Origin: Podarcis melisellensis
Lineage: Eukaryota
DNA: 64,000 bases
Reading direction: 5' to 3' (one strand)
NCBI GenBank assembly: GCA_964234715.1
Contig: OZ174279.1
A program made the translations under genes and the position numbers. Shown in pieces: positions 39,879 to 51,219 of the stretch. How positions within the stretch are numbered: the stretch's first letter is position 1; each line of letters begins with the position of its first letter. The notes under the pieces were generated by a model. That model saw only the letters and a program-made list of their open reading frames with translations, searched no databases and had not been told where the DNA came from.

Positions 39879-40329
39879 ATTTAGTAACCATGGCATACAG
39901 CTGTTGAGCACACCCTCTGGGTTTATGAAATTTTACAATCCCCATTCGGTTGTCCAAACCAGGATCCATCAACACACCTTGTGGCAGAGCATTCCATAAG
40001 TTGAATTGGATAAGGTAGTTTTCTAGTTCTGTGTTTTTCCTCCCAGAAAAAAATTGCCTAGAATGTTTATTTGTTTGTTTAAACCCAGTGGGCATTAAGC
40101 ACATTTTGAGCTTTAATATTTTGGAATCCAGGGCCAAAATTAAGCCACAGGCGCCATGCATTTTCTGGACCCCAGGCCTCCCCTCCCCCCCCCCCCGTAC
40201 ATATTCTTAGACGAGAGGCATATATTCCCTTGAAGCAAATGAAGTTTTTAAAAGAATACTAAGTAGGAGGGCTATCGTGGGGGGATTTGTCACAAGCACT
40301 TACACAAGGTAAAATTAGAGCATATGATG

Positions 40330-41600
40330 CATTGTGATCTGCATGCCACAGTAACTTTGGATGGCAATGCTACAGTAAATGCCTTTGAAGCCTATAAACC
40401 ATAAAATTTTAATCATTAGCAACCTCCTGGGGAATCTAGCGATAATACCTATAGGACAACTTACAGCTTTTCTGTCAAAAGTAGGAGAGGCCATGTAATA
40501 GCATGGTACGAGCCCTGTTGATCTCTCATTTCTAGCATCCGAGCGGTCAAAGCTGAACTTCTCTTTATTAAGCTCACAATTAGGCAGCCATATGTTGTGA
40601 ATGAAAGAACGGTTATCGGACTGGGGCTGGGTTTTCTTCCTCTCTTCCTCTCTCTCTTTTTAAACCATTAGGCTCATTGTCTCTGTATTTGTTTCCTGGT
40701 TGGCTCTGCCTTTGAAGAAATGCTTTCTCTTCCCCCCCCCTGCCCGCCCCCGAAATAATTGATGGTTAGAGAATTAGTGTAATAAGGCTCAGAGAAAGAG
40801 AATTAAAGGACCGGTTGGTGGAAACGAATTGGGTGTGTGCATTTAATATCATCAGCAGCAACAACTACAACAACCAATAGTTATGTGGATTCTTTTGAAT
40901 AAATGTTGGCCTTTAAGTGCCAGCTGTCATTCTAAGCCCAGCCTGCCTTCTTACTGCTAACCTTTCAGTCACCTCAGCTTGTCTTCCTAACTTGTCCTAT
41001 TATGCAGTAGCAAGCTGAGTCATTGTTTCAAGCAGGAGGTGACATGTTAATAGCTTAATAATAGTATAATCTCACAAATAATAATATGCTGTCACACTGT
41101 CTGAAGCACAATGTTTACAGGAGAAGTGGTAATGTATGATGACAGTAATTTGAATAAAAATGAATTTACTGCTCTTGTCTCATTTGCAGTAAATTTTCGC
41201 ATCTTTCATGCACAACTGGTGCTCCATGACCTCTTTCATTATTGTGTTCGCCGTGGCTGCGGCTCGCTTTAAACTGAAAGGCAGGCAAATGAAACAGAAG
41301 CTTAACAAACGGATTTCCAGCAGTGAAAGAGAGAGAGAGAGGACTCACAGTGGTTTTTGGAAAGAGCGGGGTGCGTTGGGGGAGAATTTCCCTACATTTG
41401 TTTACTAAGATGATACGGTGTGAGGCAGGCTGTTTAATTAGTGCGCTCTGGAGGTGCCATTTGTAAAGCAGGCATGTGCTGATATGATTATGTATTGACA
41501 ATTTGCAAAATTATTGCCATTAAAATGTGTCAGAGGGAAGAAAATTATTCACCACGTGAAGAGGCTCATTTGGTGCGAAATTAAAGTTTGCACTACTTAA
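40330..41600. promoter_or_regulatory. Putative cluster of conserved non-coding elements
   Basis: TE-free, with CCTTTGAA (TCF/LEF) at 40382 and 40709, CCATAAA (Hox/Cdx) at 40399, TAATTA at 41435, CACGTG at 41553, several TGACA/TGTCA sites and elevated CpG. Conservation was not measured. Confidence 0.5.
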
Positions 41601-43141
41601 AAAATATTTTTTAAATGCTAGTGATATTATTTGATATGGGGGCACCTAATCTCAGGCTTCCTGTTTGACGGGGAGAAGTGTCAAAAATGTACTCACTTTA
41701 TTAGATTCAGTGAATTATAAATGCTCTCTGGTATGATAAAGGGTTATTTGAACTCCCAAATGCTTCCCAAATGGATAATACTGGTTTGATTTACACGAAA
41801 TAAAAACAATTTAACCAGATACCGATCCATCCCAGTTTAAATTTTTTAATTGTTGGCTACTTCAAAGAAGCCACCACAGTGTAATGATGGAAATATTAAT
41901 TATTAAATATTTAAATTGTTCTATCTAATACTTTAGTATAGAATTCCTGCGAGAGCTAACTTTTTTTTCTTAAAAATTAAAAAGTATTATTAAATGATGT
42001 TGAAGATTGTATAAAAACAGGGAAGTTAAAAAGTCAGAGACTGACATGTCTGGACTAAATTTAGTTTGATGGAATGAGGACAACTAATTGAAATGTCCTT
42101 GGTGTTGTTTTTTTAAAAAAGGGAAAAGGATGAATTTTCAGAAAAGTGCTACACTTCATATCAGTGCAAAGTGAATGACATGCAGAGAATGAGAAATGAT
42201 ATTTCTGATTGACCCAATTCATTGCTTAAAATAATTAAAACCACAAGCAACTTGCACATCTCATTTTTTGCTCTTATTTCCAGTGAATGCATAGCGCTAA
42301 ACACTGTGCCAAAAAGACCAAGTTTTGGATGATTCAATTAAGTGATGTTAATTGAGGCCTAGCTAGGCTGCTTGATGAATATTTCAGGAAGGGGTATATA
42401 TGTGTTTTCACTTCTAGATTATGATTTTGATTTGCAATGTCAGGGAGGGATTTAATTTTGCAGCACAGCTTTGGTTGCGGTGATGGAATGGAGATAGGGT
42501 ACGGCAGCATTCAAAATAGCTATTTTTGTTTGCAAAACATACTGAATACTCTCTGCTCATCAACATGGTATCAGAGAGAGCCTGAAATTCATTGCTTTGG
42601 TCCTAGGAGATCAATCTGGCCATTTCCCCCCTCATCCAGACTGCAAAGCTGGGCCTAATTGTTTGCCACTGTCACAAATACAGCTTATTTAAACTTCAGA
42701 AATCACTAAGGTGACCTACAATTGCGGCATCAGCCACAAAGCAGGCAAAAAGAAAGGAAGGAAATCTGAAGTGTGTTATCTCTCAACAGAGTTGCCAACC
42801 ACCTCAGGGACAGAAAACCTGCCCAGTACTCCTATGTGGGAAATGGCACAGTTCAATTTAAGCTTAATTTGAAACAGCTCAGCTTGAGGTTCGATGAAGA
42901 AGCCTCTCATGGATTTACTCAATGTTCCTCTTCCACTTCTGATTGGGAAAATGTTGCCCGCGATCCAAAGGGTTTTCGTAGGGTTGCCACCTTGCTCTAG
43001 CAAGGCTGTTGTACTTTTAACAGCTGGATGAAATGAAAAAGAAAATCAGAACCAAAATTCAGCAGAAGCTGAAAGGGTAGAGAAAAGAGAGGTGGTAGTG
43101 AACCTGAACTGATGCCAGCAATTCGTTTATAAAAATATGCC

Positions 43142-43261
43142 CAGTGTGGGGAATCTTTGGCCTCCCATACATTTCTGAACTACAGTTGCCGTTATTCCTG
43201 GCCATACAGATGAGAATTGTATTCCGGCAACATCTGGAGAGCCAGAAGTTCCCCAGTCGTG
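43142..43261. mobile_element. Degraded short hAT MITE
   Basis: CAGTGTGGGGAATCTTTGGC..GAACTACA..CATCTGGAGAGCCAGAAGTTCCCCA, same family as 17685. Confidence 0.6.
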
Positions 43262-43774
43262 TTCAAATGTGTGAAAGCCTTCTTCAGGGAAAACCTTTCT
43301 TTTACGAATCTTGCACACAATTGTGTTTTTGGTGCATTCCTAGACGGGGATTTTTAACACTATATGAGAAGCAGAAATCCACATGGTGAAGTGATTTCCC
43401 ATGAATCTCTCTCTTTGGCCAGAAAAGCTATACCAGTAGAACGTCAGCCTGCCAGACAATGCTTAAAAGTCACAGATACTATGCCAGAGGGGATAAGCAT
43501 CAGTCTTTTGGCAGGTGTCACAAACTTAAGCAGGGGCAGTAAATGAGAAGGAAGTGCACCCCTTGAATTACTCCTGTGCATTTAATCTGAGGATACGTTT
43601 ACACTTTTCAGGTGTCAATTTTGGGAGAATGTACACATGTAGTGTGGTGGCAAGCTGCACTCCCAATACACTTATTTCTTAGATTAATTATTAGAACATG
43701 TCAGGGAAGCCCCTGCCCCCCAATGCATACAGAGGGCTTTCAAGGCTGGAGACTCCTACTGGGGTTAGGGCTAG

Positions 43775-43925
43775 GGTTGGGGAGATCCAGATTCAAATCC
43801 CCACTAAGCCACGAAGCTCACTGGGTGATCGTCACCATTTCTGAGCCTAACTTACCTCACAGGATTGTTGTGGGAGATGAGAAAACCATGACATAACTTG
43901 GCCTCCCTGAGGGAAAGAAATACAA
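43775..43925 (+). mobile_element. MIR/CORE-like SINE remnant
   Basis: B box GATTCAAATCC, then GAAGCTCACTGGGTGA and CCTAACTTACCTCACAGGATTGTTGTG. Confidence 0.7.
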
Positions 43926-45165
43926 TTCCTAAAGAAATGAATGAGTTTTGCTGCATAGCATGCATCTCTGGTTCATTTTAATGTGTCCTGTGCAATGGAA
44001 CTTGTGTGTTGAGAAGTTACAGGAATGCAATCTTGCACATTAGAAAACGAACTTCCTCCTTTAGAGGCTTGATTGGAAGCCAGAAAATTCAATAAGGCTG
44101 CATCTAGATGGCTTCTTTTGTCTTCCTCATCCTTGACCAAACTTTTCAAAGTACAGTATGCAACCCAGATCAATATATATTGCTCATGAAAGTGCCCACT
44201 TGTAGGGACTTCCTCTACAAAGCTGTCTGCCTCTGAGCACTAATGCCAGTCTTTTCCAGAAAATACGGGAAGCATAGAACAACTCAACCCCCCCCCCCAT
44301 GAACTACAATCTTTTCTCCCTTTATTTGTGGTCGTTAAATTATTTAATCTCACTTTCAAAGGTCCAACTCTTGTGAATCCTTTAAAAAGAACCAGAATGA
44401 AAAATATTTGTGGCATCATAAAGCTTCATAATAGCAGAGTTTGTGTAATAATTAAAAAAGGAGGGACATTCACGTTTTGGCATGTAGAGATGCATTCATA
44501 TATCTGAAAGATCTTTTACCTAAATCACTGAGCTATCCAGACCTCTGTCTTGCATTTAAGGCAAAACGATGATTTTCTTGCTGACTGCTGCCTTTTAACT
44601 ATTTAAATACAGATGTGCCTGATAAAAAACAAGTACCATTAGGCTTTCTAGCCACACTGAAGTAAAAATAAAGCAACCATATCGGCTGACAAATAGTTGC
44701 TCATTAGTATTTTATCAGGCCGTAAATACACTGAAGAGGTTTTGATCCATAGTGGACATGTGAAAACCTGTTTTCTACTTTCTTGGAGGGGGGTGGTGGA
44801 TTCTGATGTGCAGAAAGGTGGTGGCTGATGTGGCAAAGTCACTGTGGAGCAATATTTTATAGAGTGGTGGCATTCTATTTGCTACAACTGATGTGTCAAA
44901 GGTGTGTGGTGAGTTTACAGTCCGCCGTGTCCTCTTAAATTTATGCTAGTGGTTATCCCCACATCCTTTGGCAATGAATCCCCCAAGTTAATTATGTATT
45001 ACCTTGACAAAGTACTTCCTTTTATTTCTAACAAACCTGCTGCTGCCAATCAAGTCTGCTGGATGGCCCCATGTTCTAATGGTCTAACAAAACAATATCT
45101 ACCTATTTCACCTTTTGCAAGCCTCTTTACATTTTCTAAATTAGAAGCCCAAATCTATAACCACA

Positions 45166-45355
45166 GGGTAAAAAGGTAAAGGACCCCCTGACGGTTGAGT
45201 CCAGTTGAATTCGACTATAGGTGCTCATCTTGATTTAGGCTGAGGGAGCTGGCGTTTGTCCACAGACAGCTTTCCGGGTCATGTGGCCAGCATGACTAAA
45301 CCGCTTCTGATGCACAGAACATGGTGACGAGTGCCAGAGCACACGGAAACACCAT
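45166..45355 (-). mobile_element. 5'-truncated Sauria SINE
   Basis: AAAGGTAAAGGACCCC (reverse of the ACCTTT tail) and CAGCTTTCCGGGTCATGTGGCCAGCATGACTAAACCGCTTCTG. A 25-bp TSD TTAGAAGCCCAAATCTATAACCACA lies at 45141-45165 and 45356-45380. Confidence 0.92.
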
Positions 45356-45673
45356 TTAGAAGCCCAAATCTATAACCACAACACCTATATCACAAATATT
45401 TAGTAAACAGTATTTCATAAATAGCTGATCTGTCCAGTCAATAAATACAGTATTATATATCAATAACCACAACACTTATTTAAACAACCATAAGAAAATA
45501 ATGAAGAACTTAAAAACTATTGCCCCAAATGCAGCAAAATGAGCAAAGGTTTTTACTTACCTTTCTGGTATGAACCATATTTTGATAGTTCTTACCATTT
45601 TAATTTCTGTCCTGTACTTCATTAGTTTCACTGGATGCCAGGAAATTTCTTAGCCTAATTCTGGTCCGGTGGA

Positions 45674-45902
45674 CACTGGCAGATGCGTGGTGGTGGGGAG
45701 GACAGGGGGGCGGTCTGCCCTGGGTAACATCTGGGGGTGACATTGTGGCCATCCCTGCCCCCGGCACCCCCGGATGCTTGCAGCACACGCCCTGGGACAC
45801 GTGCCGCTTGCTGCACACATCATGAAGCATACCACACCCCCTGGGGTGTGCACCACGCCCCCTGGGACACGTGCCAGCAACGCCCCCAGATGTACGCCAC
45901 TC
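45674..45902. mobile_element. GC-rich hAT-like MITE (CAGTGGCGTA-type TIR)
   Basis: CACTGGCAGATGCGTGG...GTACGCCACTC with flanks CCGGTGGA/CCGGTGCT and an internal direct repeat CCCTGGGACACGTGCC x2. It explains the GC-rich ORFs at 45600-46451. Confidence 0.65.
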
Positions 45903-46273
45903 CCGGTGCTGCAGCAGGTAGCTTCACCACTGCTGGTGGCATATTGGCAACAACGCTGTTTTCCATCTCGATGCAGCCTTTACCCCCCTCTATTGCCATT
46001 ATACGACTCAGAACAAGAGGACCTGAAGGACCACCAACTCCCAAATGAGCCTGTCTTCTGGATCTTTGGATTTTGTGGTTCTCATCTGGTAGGTGCGTTG
46101 AGCTTTTATAAGGAAATCAGAACATACATATTTAAAACCAATAAATTATCCACAGTTTCCATCAGCTTTATGTCTCAGGCTTCATGCTGTCCTCAGCTTC
46201 AAGAAGACCAAGGGTTTAAATCAGAGGCGTGGAAGTGTTTTCAGCCTGAGGAATGTGTTGTTTCTAAGGCAAC

Positions 46274-46618
46274 TGTGGCGTTTGCTCATTCTTTGGGGAT
46301 ACATTTGTATTGGGGGAGAAAAAGGGTTAATAGGTTGACCAATAAGAAAGCCCGGAGGCGGAGCCTACCTGATTTTGAGGCTCAGCCCAGAGGTTTTGAC
46401 AGTTTGGTTGGTTCTTTTGTGGGGGGAGATAGAGGAGTCAGAGTGAGTTAGAGACAGGGGCAAGACTGAGAGGGAATAGAGTGACAGCCTTTCGAATATA
46501 TTTTAAAACTTGTTTGTGTTTGAAATAAACTTTAATCTTCATTGTTAACTCTACCTTACTGAGACTCAATACTTCACTGGGGAACCCTGGGTTTTTTCCA
46601 CAAAATTGGTGGCAGCGG
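46274..46618 (+). mobile_element. LTR retroelement 5' LTR (Gypsy/ERV-like) with tRNA-Leu primer-binding site
   Basis: TGTGG (46274)...CCACA (46602), CCAAT at ~46339, AATAAA at 46524, then AAAT plus TGGTGGCAGCGG (46607-46618), complementary to the tRNA-Leu 3' end CCGCUGCCACCA. Confidence 0.75.
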
Positions 46619-46630
46619 AAAAATAAAGTA

Positions 46631-46691
46631 CAGTGGTACCTCGGGTTACATACGCTTCAGGTTACATACGCTTCAGGTTACAGACTCCACT
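46631..46691 (+). mobile_element. Truncated Tc1/pogo-like MITE (left end only)
   Basis: TA-CAGTGGTACCTCGGGTTACATACGCTTCAGGTTACATACGCTTCAGGTTACAGACTCC is near-identical to the start of the 36193 copy. Confidence 0.88.
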
Positions 46692-47993
46692 ATAGTGGTG
46701 TACAGGTCAATAATCCGTGAAACGACTGGGGGTTCTGTATGAACACCAAAGCAACCTTCCAGGAAATACATGCCCATTGTGAGTATAGCCAGAATCAAAG
46801 GGGGTCAGGGCCAAAGCAAAGAGAGCAAGTGATGTGACACTTACCTTTTGTAGAATAGGCTGCAAGGTTACTCAAAGATTTCTAAATACCCACACCGCTC
46901 TCAAAGCCCTGCTCAGGTTAGAGCAAGAGACATTGTCACATTCACAGTGACACTTCAGGAGAGTGTGGAGCAGGGATGGCGATGGAAGGGGAGAAACAGA
47001 AGGGACAGGTTAAAGAGCTGTGGAAGGCCACACTGGAACCCCAGATCTGTTCTATCCCGATTTAGAACATCACCATCACAGAATGAGCCATTCCATACTC
47101 GATGTTCCTAAATTTACTTTTCCCCAGAAGTTACTTTCAAGAATGCTCAGCAATCTTCTTAATTTTAAGCAGGCTTCCTTTACAGTGCATTGCAACTTAC
47201 TCCTCTGATGCAGGTTGTTCCTGCCCTAAATGTCTTAAACACCCAAAACATTATTTATGCCATCACTGTTGTTTTTGGGGAAGCCAACTATTTTGTTTCA
47301 TGTGGTTCATACAAAAGAGGTGGAAGTGAAGTCATCTCAGTTTTTGTTTTTTTTCTGCTGGAAATCCAGAGTTGATAGAGTTGACAGAAGCAAAATGCAA
47401 GGTATAAATACAGCACGTACAGTATAAACAGCATTCCCATTTATCCAAATGTTTCCTGTAGTTTGAAAGGAAATACTTTTTCTTATTTAGGTCACTTGCC
47501 ATGGTAGCTTAAAATGGGAGCTGGATCAGGCCCTTAGGGTATTTTAGTGCTCAATTACAAGTTAGTGCTTACTCCTAATCACCTTGTTCTCCAAAGGAAA
47601 TAGATACTGAACAGGAACCATCTGGTAATACATTCTGTACCTCTTAATTACAATGTTTTGAGTGGCACCTAAATAAATTTCATTTACAAGCACATGACTG
47701 CTTGTCAAAAGCTTGCTTGATAATTTTATTATTGTAGTATACTTCTCTGCTTAATGACTCAGGCCCACTAAAGTTTGGAATATTTGGTTTTAGAGAGGGG
47801 GGGAGTGATTTTAAAAACACACAAGCTGCTCATTTACATGCCATAGTTTATTTTTAAATATATTTTGAAGCTGAACATCATGCAGATCTGATGGGCTCCT
47901 AAAATATGTAACTGTAAAAAGTGACCAACCCCCCCTAAAAAAAATTATGGAAAGGACCTTATATACCTGCCCTGACTAAAATGCCATATATCT

Positions 47994-47998
<5 letters not shown>

Positions 47999-48029
<31 letters not shown>
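47999..48029. repeat. (TG)n microsatellite
   Basis: Direct reading. Confidence 0.95.
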
Positions 48030-48032
<3 letters not shown>

Positions 48033-48064
48033 CACACACCACACATACCTGAATCGGATGAAAG

Positions 48065-48238
48065 GCCTGTCTAACTCAGTACTTTCTCTGCCATGACTGA
48101 CAGCAGCTCTGCAGTCTCAGACAGATGTCTTTCCTAGCTCTGCTACCTGAGAGATGCTCTAATTGGAGATGTCATGGACTTGAACCTGGCTGACCTTATA
48201 TACGCAGCGCATGTGCTTGGCAACTGAGCTACAGCTAT
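48065..48238 (-). mobile_element. Squam3-type tRNA-derived SINE, degraded
   Basis: Reverse complement reads GTAGCTCAGTTG..AGCACATG..CCAGGTTCAAGTCCATGACATCTCCA..GCTGCTGTCAGTCA..TACTGAGTTAGA. Confidence 0.65.
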
Positions 48239-50903
48239 CAGAACCCCTACTATCAGAATGTAGAACTTTTGAATAGTGATATACCCACACAGTGAGGTCG
48301 GTTGTTTTTTTAAAAAGAAAACCCTAGATATTCCACAGACAAATCCAACATTCTGTCTCCTGGGCTGTAGAGGATCTCCATTTAGCAAATGGCTGTCCAG
48401 TCTTTTCTTTAAAATCTCCCCAGGGGGAAAGTAATTCGTAACTTTTTCTTTAATCGCATCAGTCCCTTGTTGACTGCGTTCAAGCAATATCTCATATTTG
48501 AAAGAGAGAGGATCTGAAAGTTTAATTCTAGATTCCTGAGAAGTGACTTACAGTGTGGTCCAAATTCAAGATTTGGGGGGATGAGCAATCTTAGGAAGGC
48601 AGATCTTGTACTGTACTGTGTAATAGTTTCATCTTGGCTTAGCTGGCGGAACTTAAGTTGGTGGAATTTACACCAGAGTCATACCTTGCAAGTTTCCTTG
48701 AAAAACTGGGACGTCCCATTCCCCCCCCCCCCGTGAGAGCATGGTGGCCATGCTGTAATATTGCACGATTTTGTGCTGCGATGTCAAACGGGTCACGTGA
48801 CTCCCATAGGAGTATGGATGGGAGGTTGCGTGTTCCAATTCCAACATACATGTTGGAATGTATGCAATAACACAGAGATGGGAAAATGCACTGGAAAGTG
48901 TGGTATAACATTTGCTTGAAGTGACACAGTGTCAGCTAGTCTCTCCTCAAACCAATCAGAATGATGGTTCACTAAATAGCTACTTCTACCCCCAGCTGCC
49001 CTGTGGGAAGCATCCAGTGGCTATGTCATGACTACGTCATGACCAACCATGTCACTATATGCCGATGTTGCTAACTGCAGTTTTTTTAAAAAAATTAATT
49101 TAATCTTGATTCTGAGACACCTTGGAAGAATTTGTATCCTGAAAGGATATAAACAATTGTCTTGAACAAAGAAAGGTGGGCAGGTATCATCCAAATCCCT
49201 TCTGATTTCCCAACAGCCTTCTAAAACTATTTCTCCTTGGTTCTCTCAAGGAGGTCTTTCCAGAGCTGAGCAAATTCTCTTCATTAATTTTCGGGTTTTT
49301 CATTCAACAACCTTGCTTCGTATTTTCTACTTTGTGTTCTGAAATGTCATCGTCTTTTTGTTTGTGGTATGGTGGCCTATTGTTGTTTCCGGGCATGCAG
49401 AGTAATGTTCAGAAGTAAGCCTACTTTGTTATTTTATTAGTACTACACAGACATGTGTGTGTGTGTGCATTCACGCCCAGAGCCTTGATCCTATTGAGAA
49501 GTGTCTGTGTTTGTTACTGTATGAGGGATAGGCTCCCGTAGAGATGAAATCCAGTATTTCGACAATTTTCTCTTGCTTAACTGCAGGAACCAATCAATAT
49601 TTTAAAGAGGCCCTGTGACTCAATGAATTAGTCTGCTGGCTTTTCACCTCTGGATCTAAGGCCTGCCATTAGTTACAAGGCGAGATGGGAGGTGAGTCAC
49701 AGGGTTTGTTTCTGAATTCAGATGGGAACGTCTCCAATGTTTGGTGGTCGGGTTTTGTTGGGCTGCTTTTTGTTTTGTTTTGTTTTTTGTTCTTGGCTGC
49801 AGGATTTCAGTTCCCAGCTGATACGTTTCCTAGTCAAAAGTGAAAACTATTTTGGGAGCCTTGTCCTACTCTCTGGTGGAAATTAGTCTGCATTACAAAA
49901 TCAACACATAATTTGGCACAATTCGGCAGGATTGGCAGCGCCTTCTAAAGAGAAGCCCAGAACTCAAATAGCTGGGGCATTGCAGGTTCAGGATGCTGAG
50001 CTGCTACTTTGGGAAGAGACATGTGGAGAAGCTCATACACATTGCCTCATTCGGGCCAAGGTTATGAGCCTTTATGCCGTAATTTCAAAGCAAACCAAAT
50101 ATAAAATAGGGAGAGCTTTCCAGTATCATAAACATGCATATAAATATAATATAAGATGCTTAGTTACATTCTGGTAAATATAAGGGGCTTTCTGGAATTT
50201 AATACAGCTCTGCACATATTTCTTTTTCCCTGATGGTCTTGCTGCTGGGGCAGGGAATGATGATTTTGCGGAAATAAGCTTATTGTGATAGAATATATGC
50301 CTTTCAATTGCTTGGCAGCCCTTTCAAGGACAGCCTAGAAGAACTCAGGACTTAAGTTACATATGCACATATGGAAATGAGATAGCCTATTTAACACCCT
50401 GCATAGCAGGTGGCCATGATCAGCATCACAGAAATGCATTTGTTTTACAAATCCTGAAAAGAATCCCCAGCCTTTGCATAAACTCACTTTGGTCTCAGGT
50501 TGCCGGTGTGGCTCTCAAAGCCCTCCAACTACACAAATCCCTGCTGGATTGTTTGTCCAAACACAGAATGTCAGGTAGGGCTTCTAACCATTATTATGCA
50601 GCAGATAATCATAGTCACTGTACATATAGACATCCATCTGCCCTTCCCACAATGCATTATTATTTTCTAATATGGTTCCAAGGGGGCCAATGACATGCAT
50701 AAGATAAATATGTAGCCTAGAGTCTTTTATCCATTTGTATACTCTGCACACATCTTCCTCATACACTGCAATACTCCGTGTGTGGACATTATCTTTCAAT
50801 ATAGCGGCCAGCAGTCTCCATGTGTAATTTCAGTTGCAAATTATCTGCTGGTTACAAACAACAACAAAAAACCATACAATGTTGTCATGCTGTTTCTAAC
50901 TTT

Positions 50904-51219
50904 TCGTGACCGACTCTGGGGTTGCGGCGCTCATCTCGCTTTATTGGCTGAGGGAGCCAGCGTACAGCTTCCGGGTCATGTGGCCAGCATGACTAAGCCG
51001 CTTCTGGCGAACCAGAGCAGCACACGGAAACACCGTTTACCTTCCCGCTGGAGTGGTACCTATTTATCTATTTGCACTTTGACGTGCTTTCGAACTGCTA
51101 GGTTGGCAGGAGCAGGGACCAAGCAACGGGAGCTCACCCCGTCGCAGGGATTCGAACCACCGACCTTCTGATCAGCAAGTCCTAGTCTCTGTGGTTTAAC
51201 CCACGGCACCACCTGTGTC
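50904..51219 (-). mobile_element. Sauria SINE lacking the extreme 3' tail
   Basis: Closely matches the 59376 copy. B box GGTTCGAATCCC on the minus strand, and many CpGs retained. Confidence 0.93.

Noticed and set aside
45600-46451. Longest ORF in the track (45774-46451, 225 aa) and overlapping GC-rich ORFs
   Set aside because: They run across a MITE, unique spacer and an LTR. There is no recognisable domain and the start codon is not ATG, so these are composition artefacts.
50782-51171. 129-aa ORF
   Set aside because: It is mostly antisense Sauria SINE sequence.
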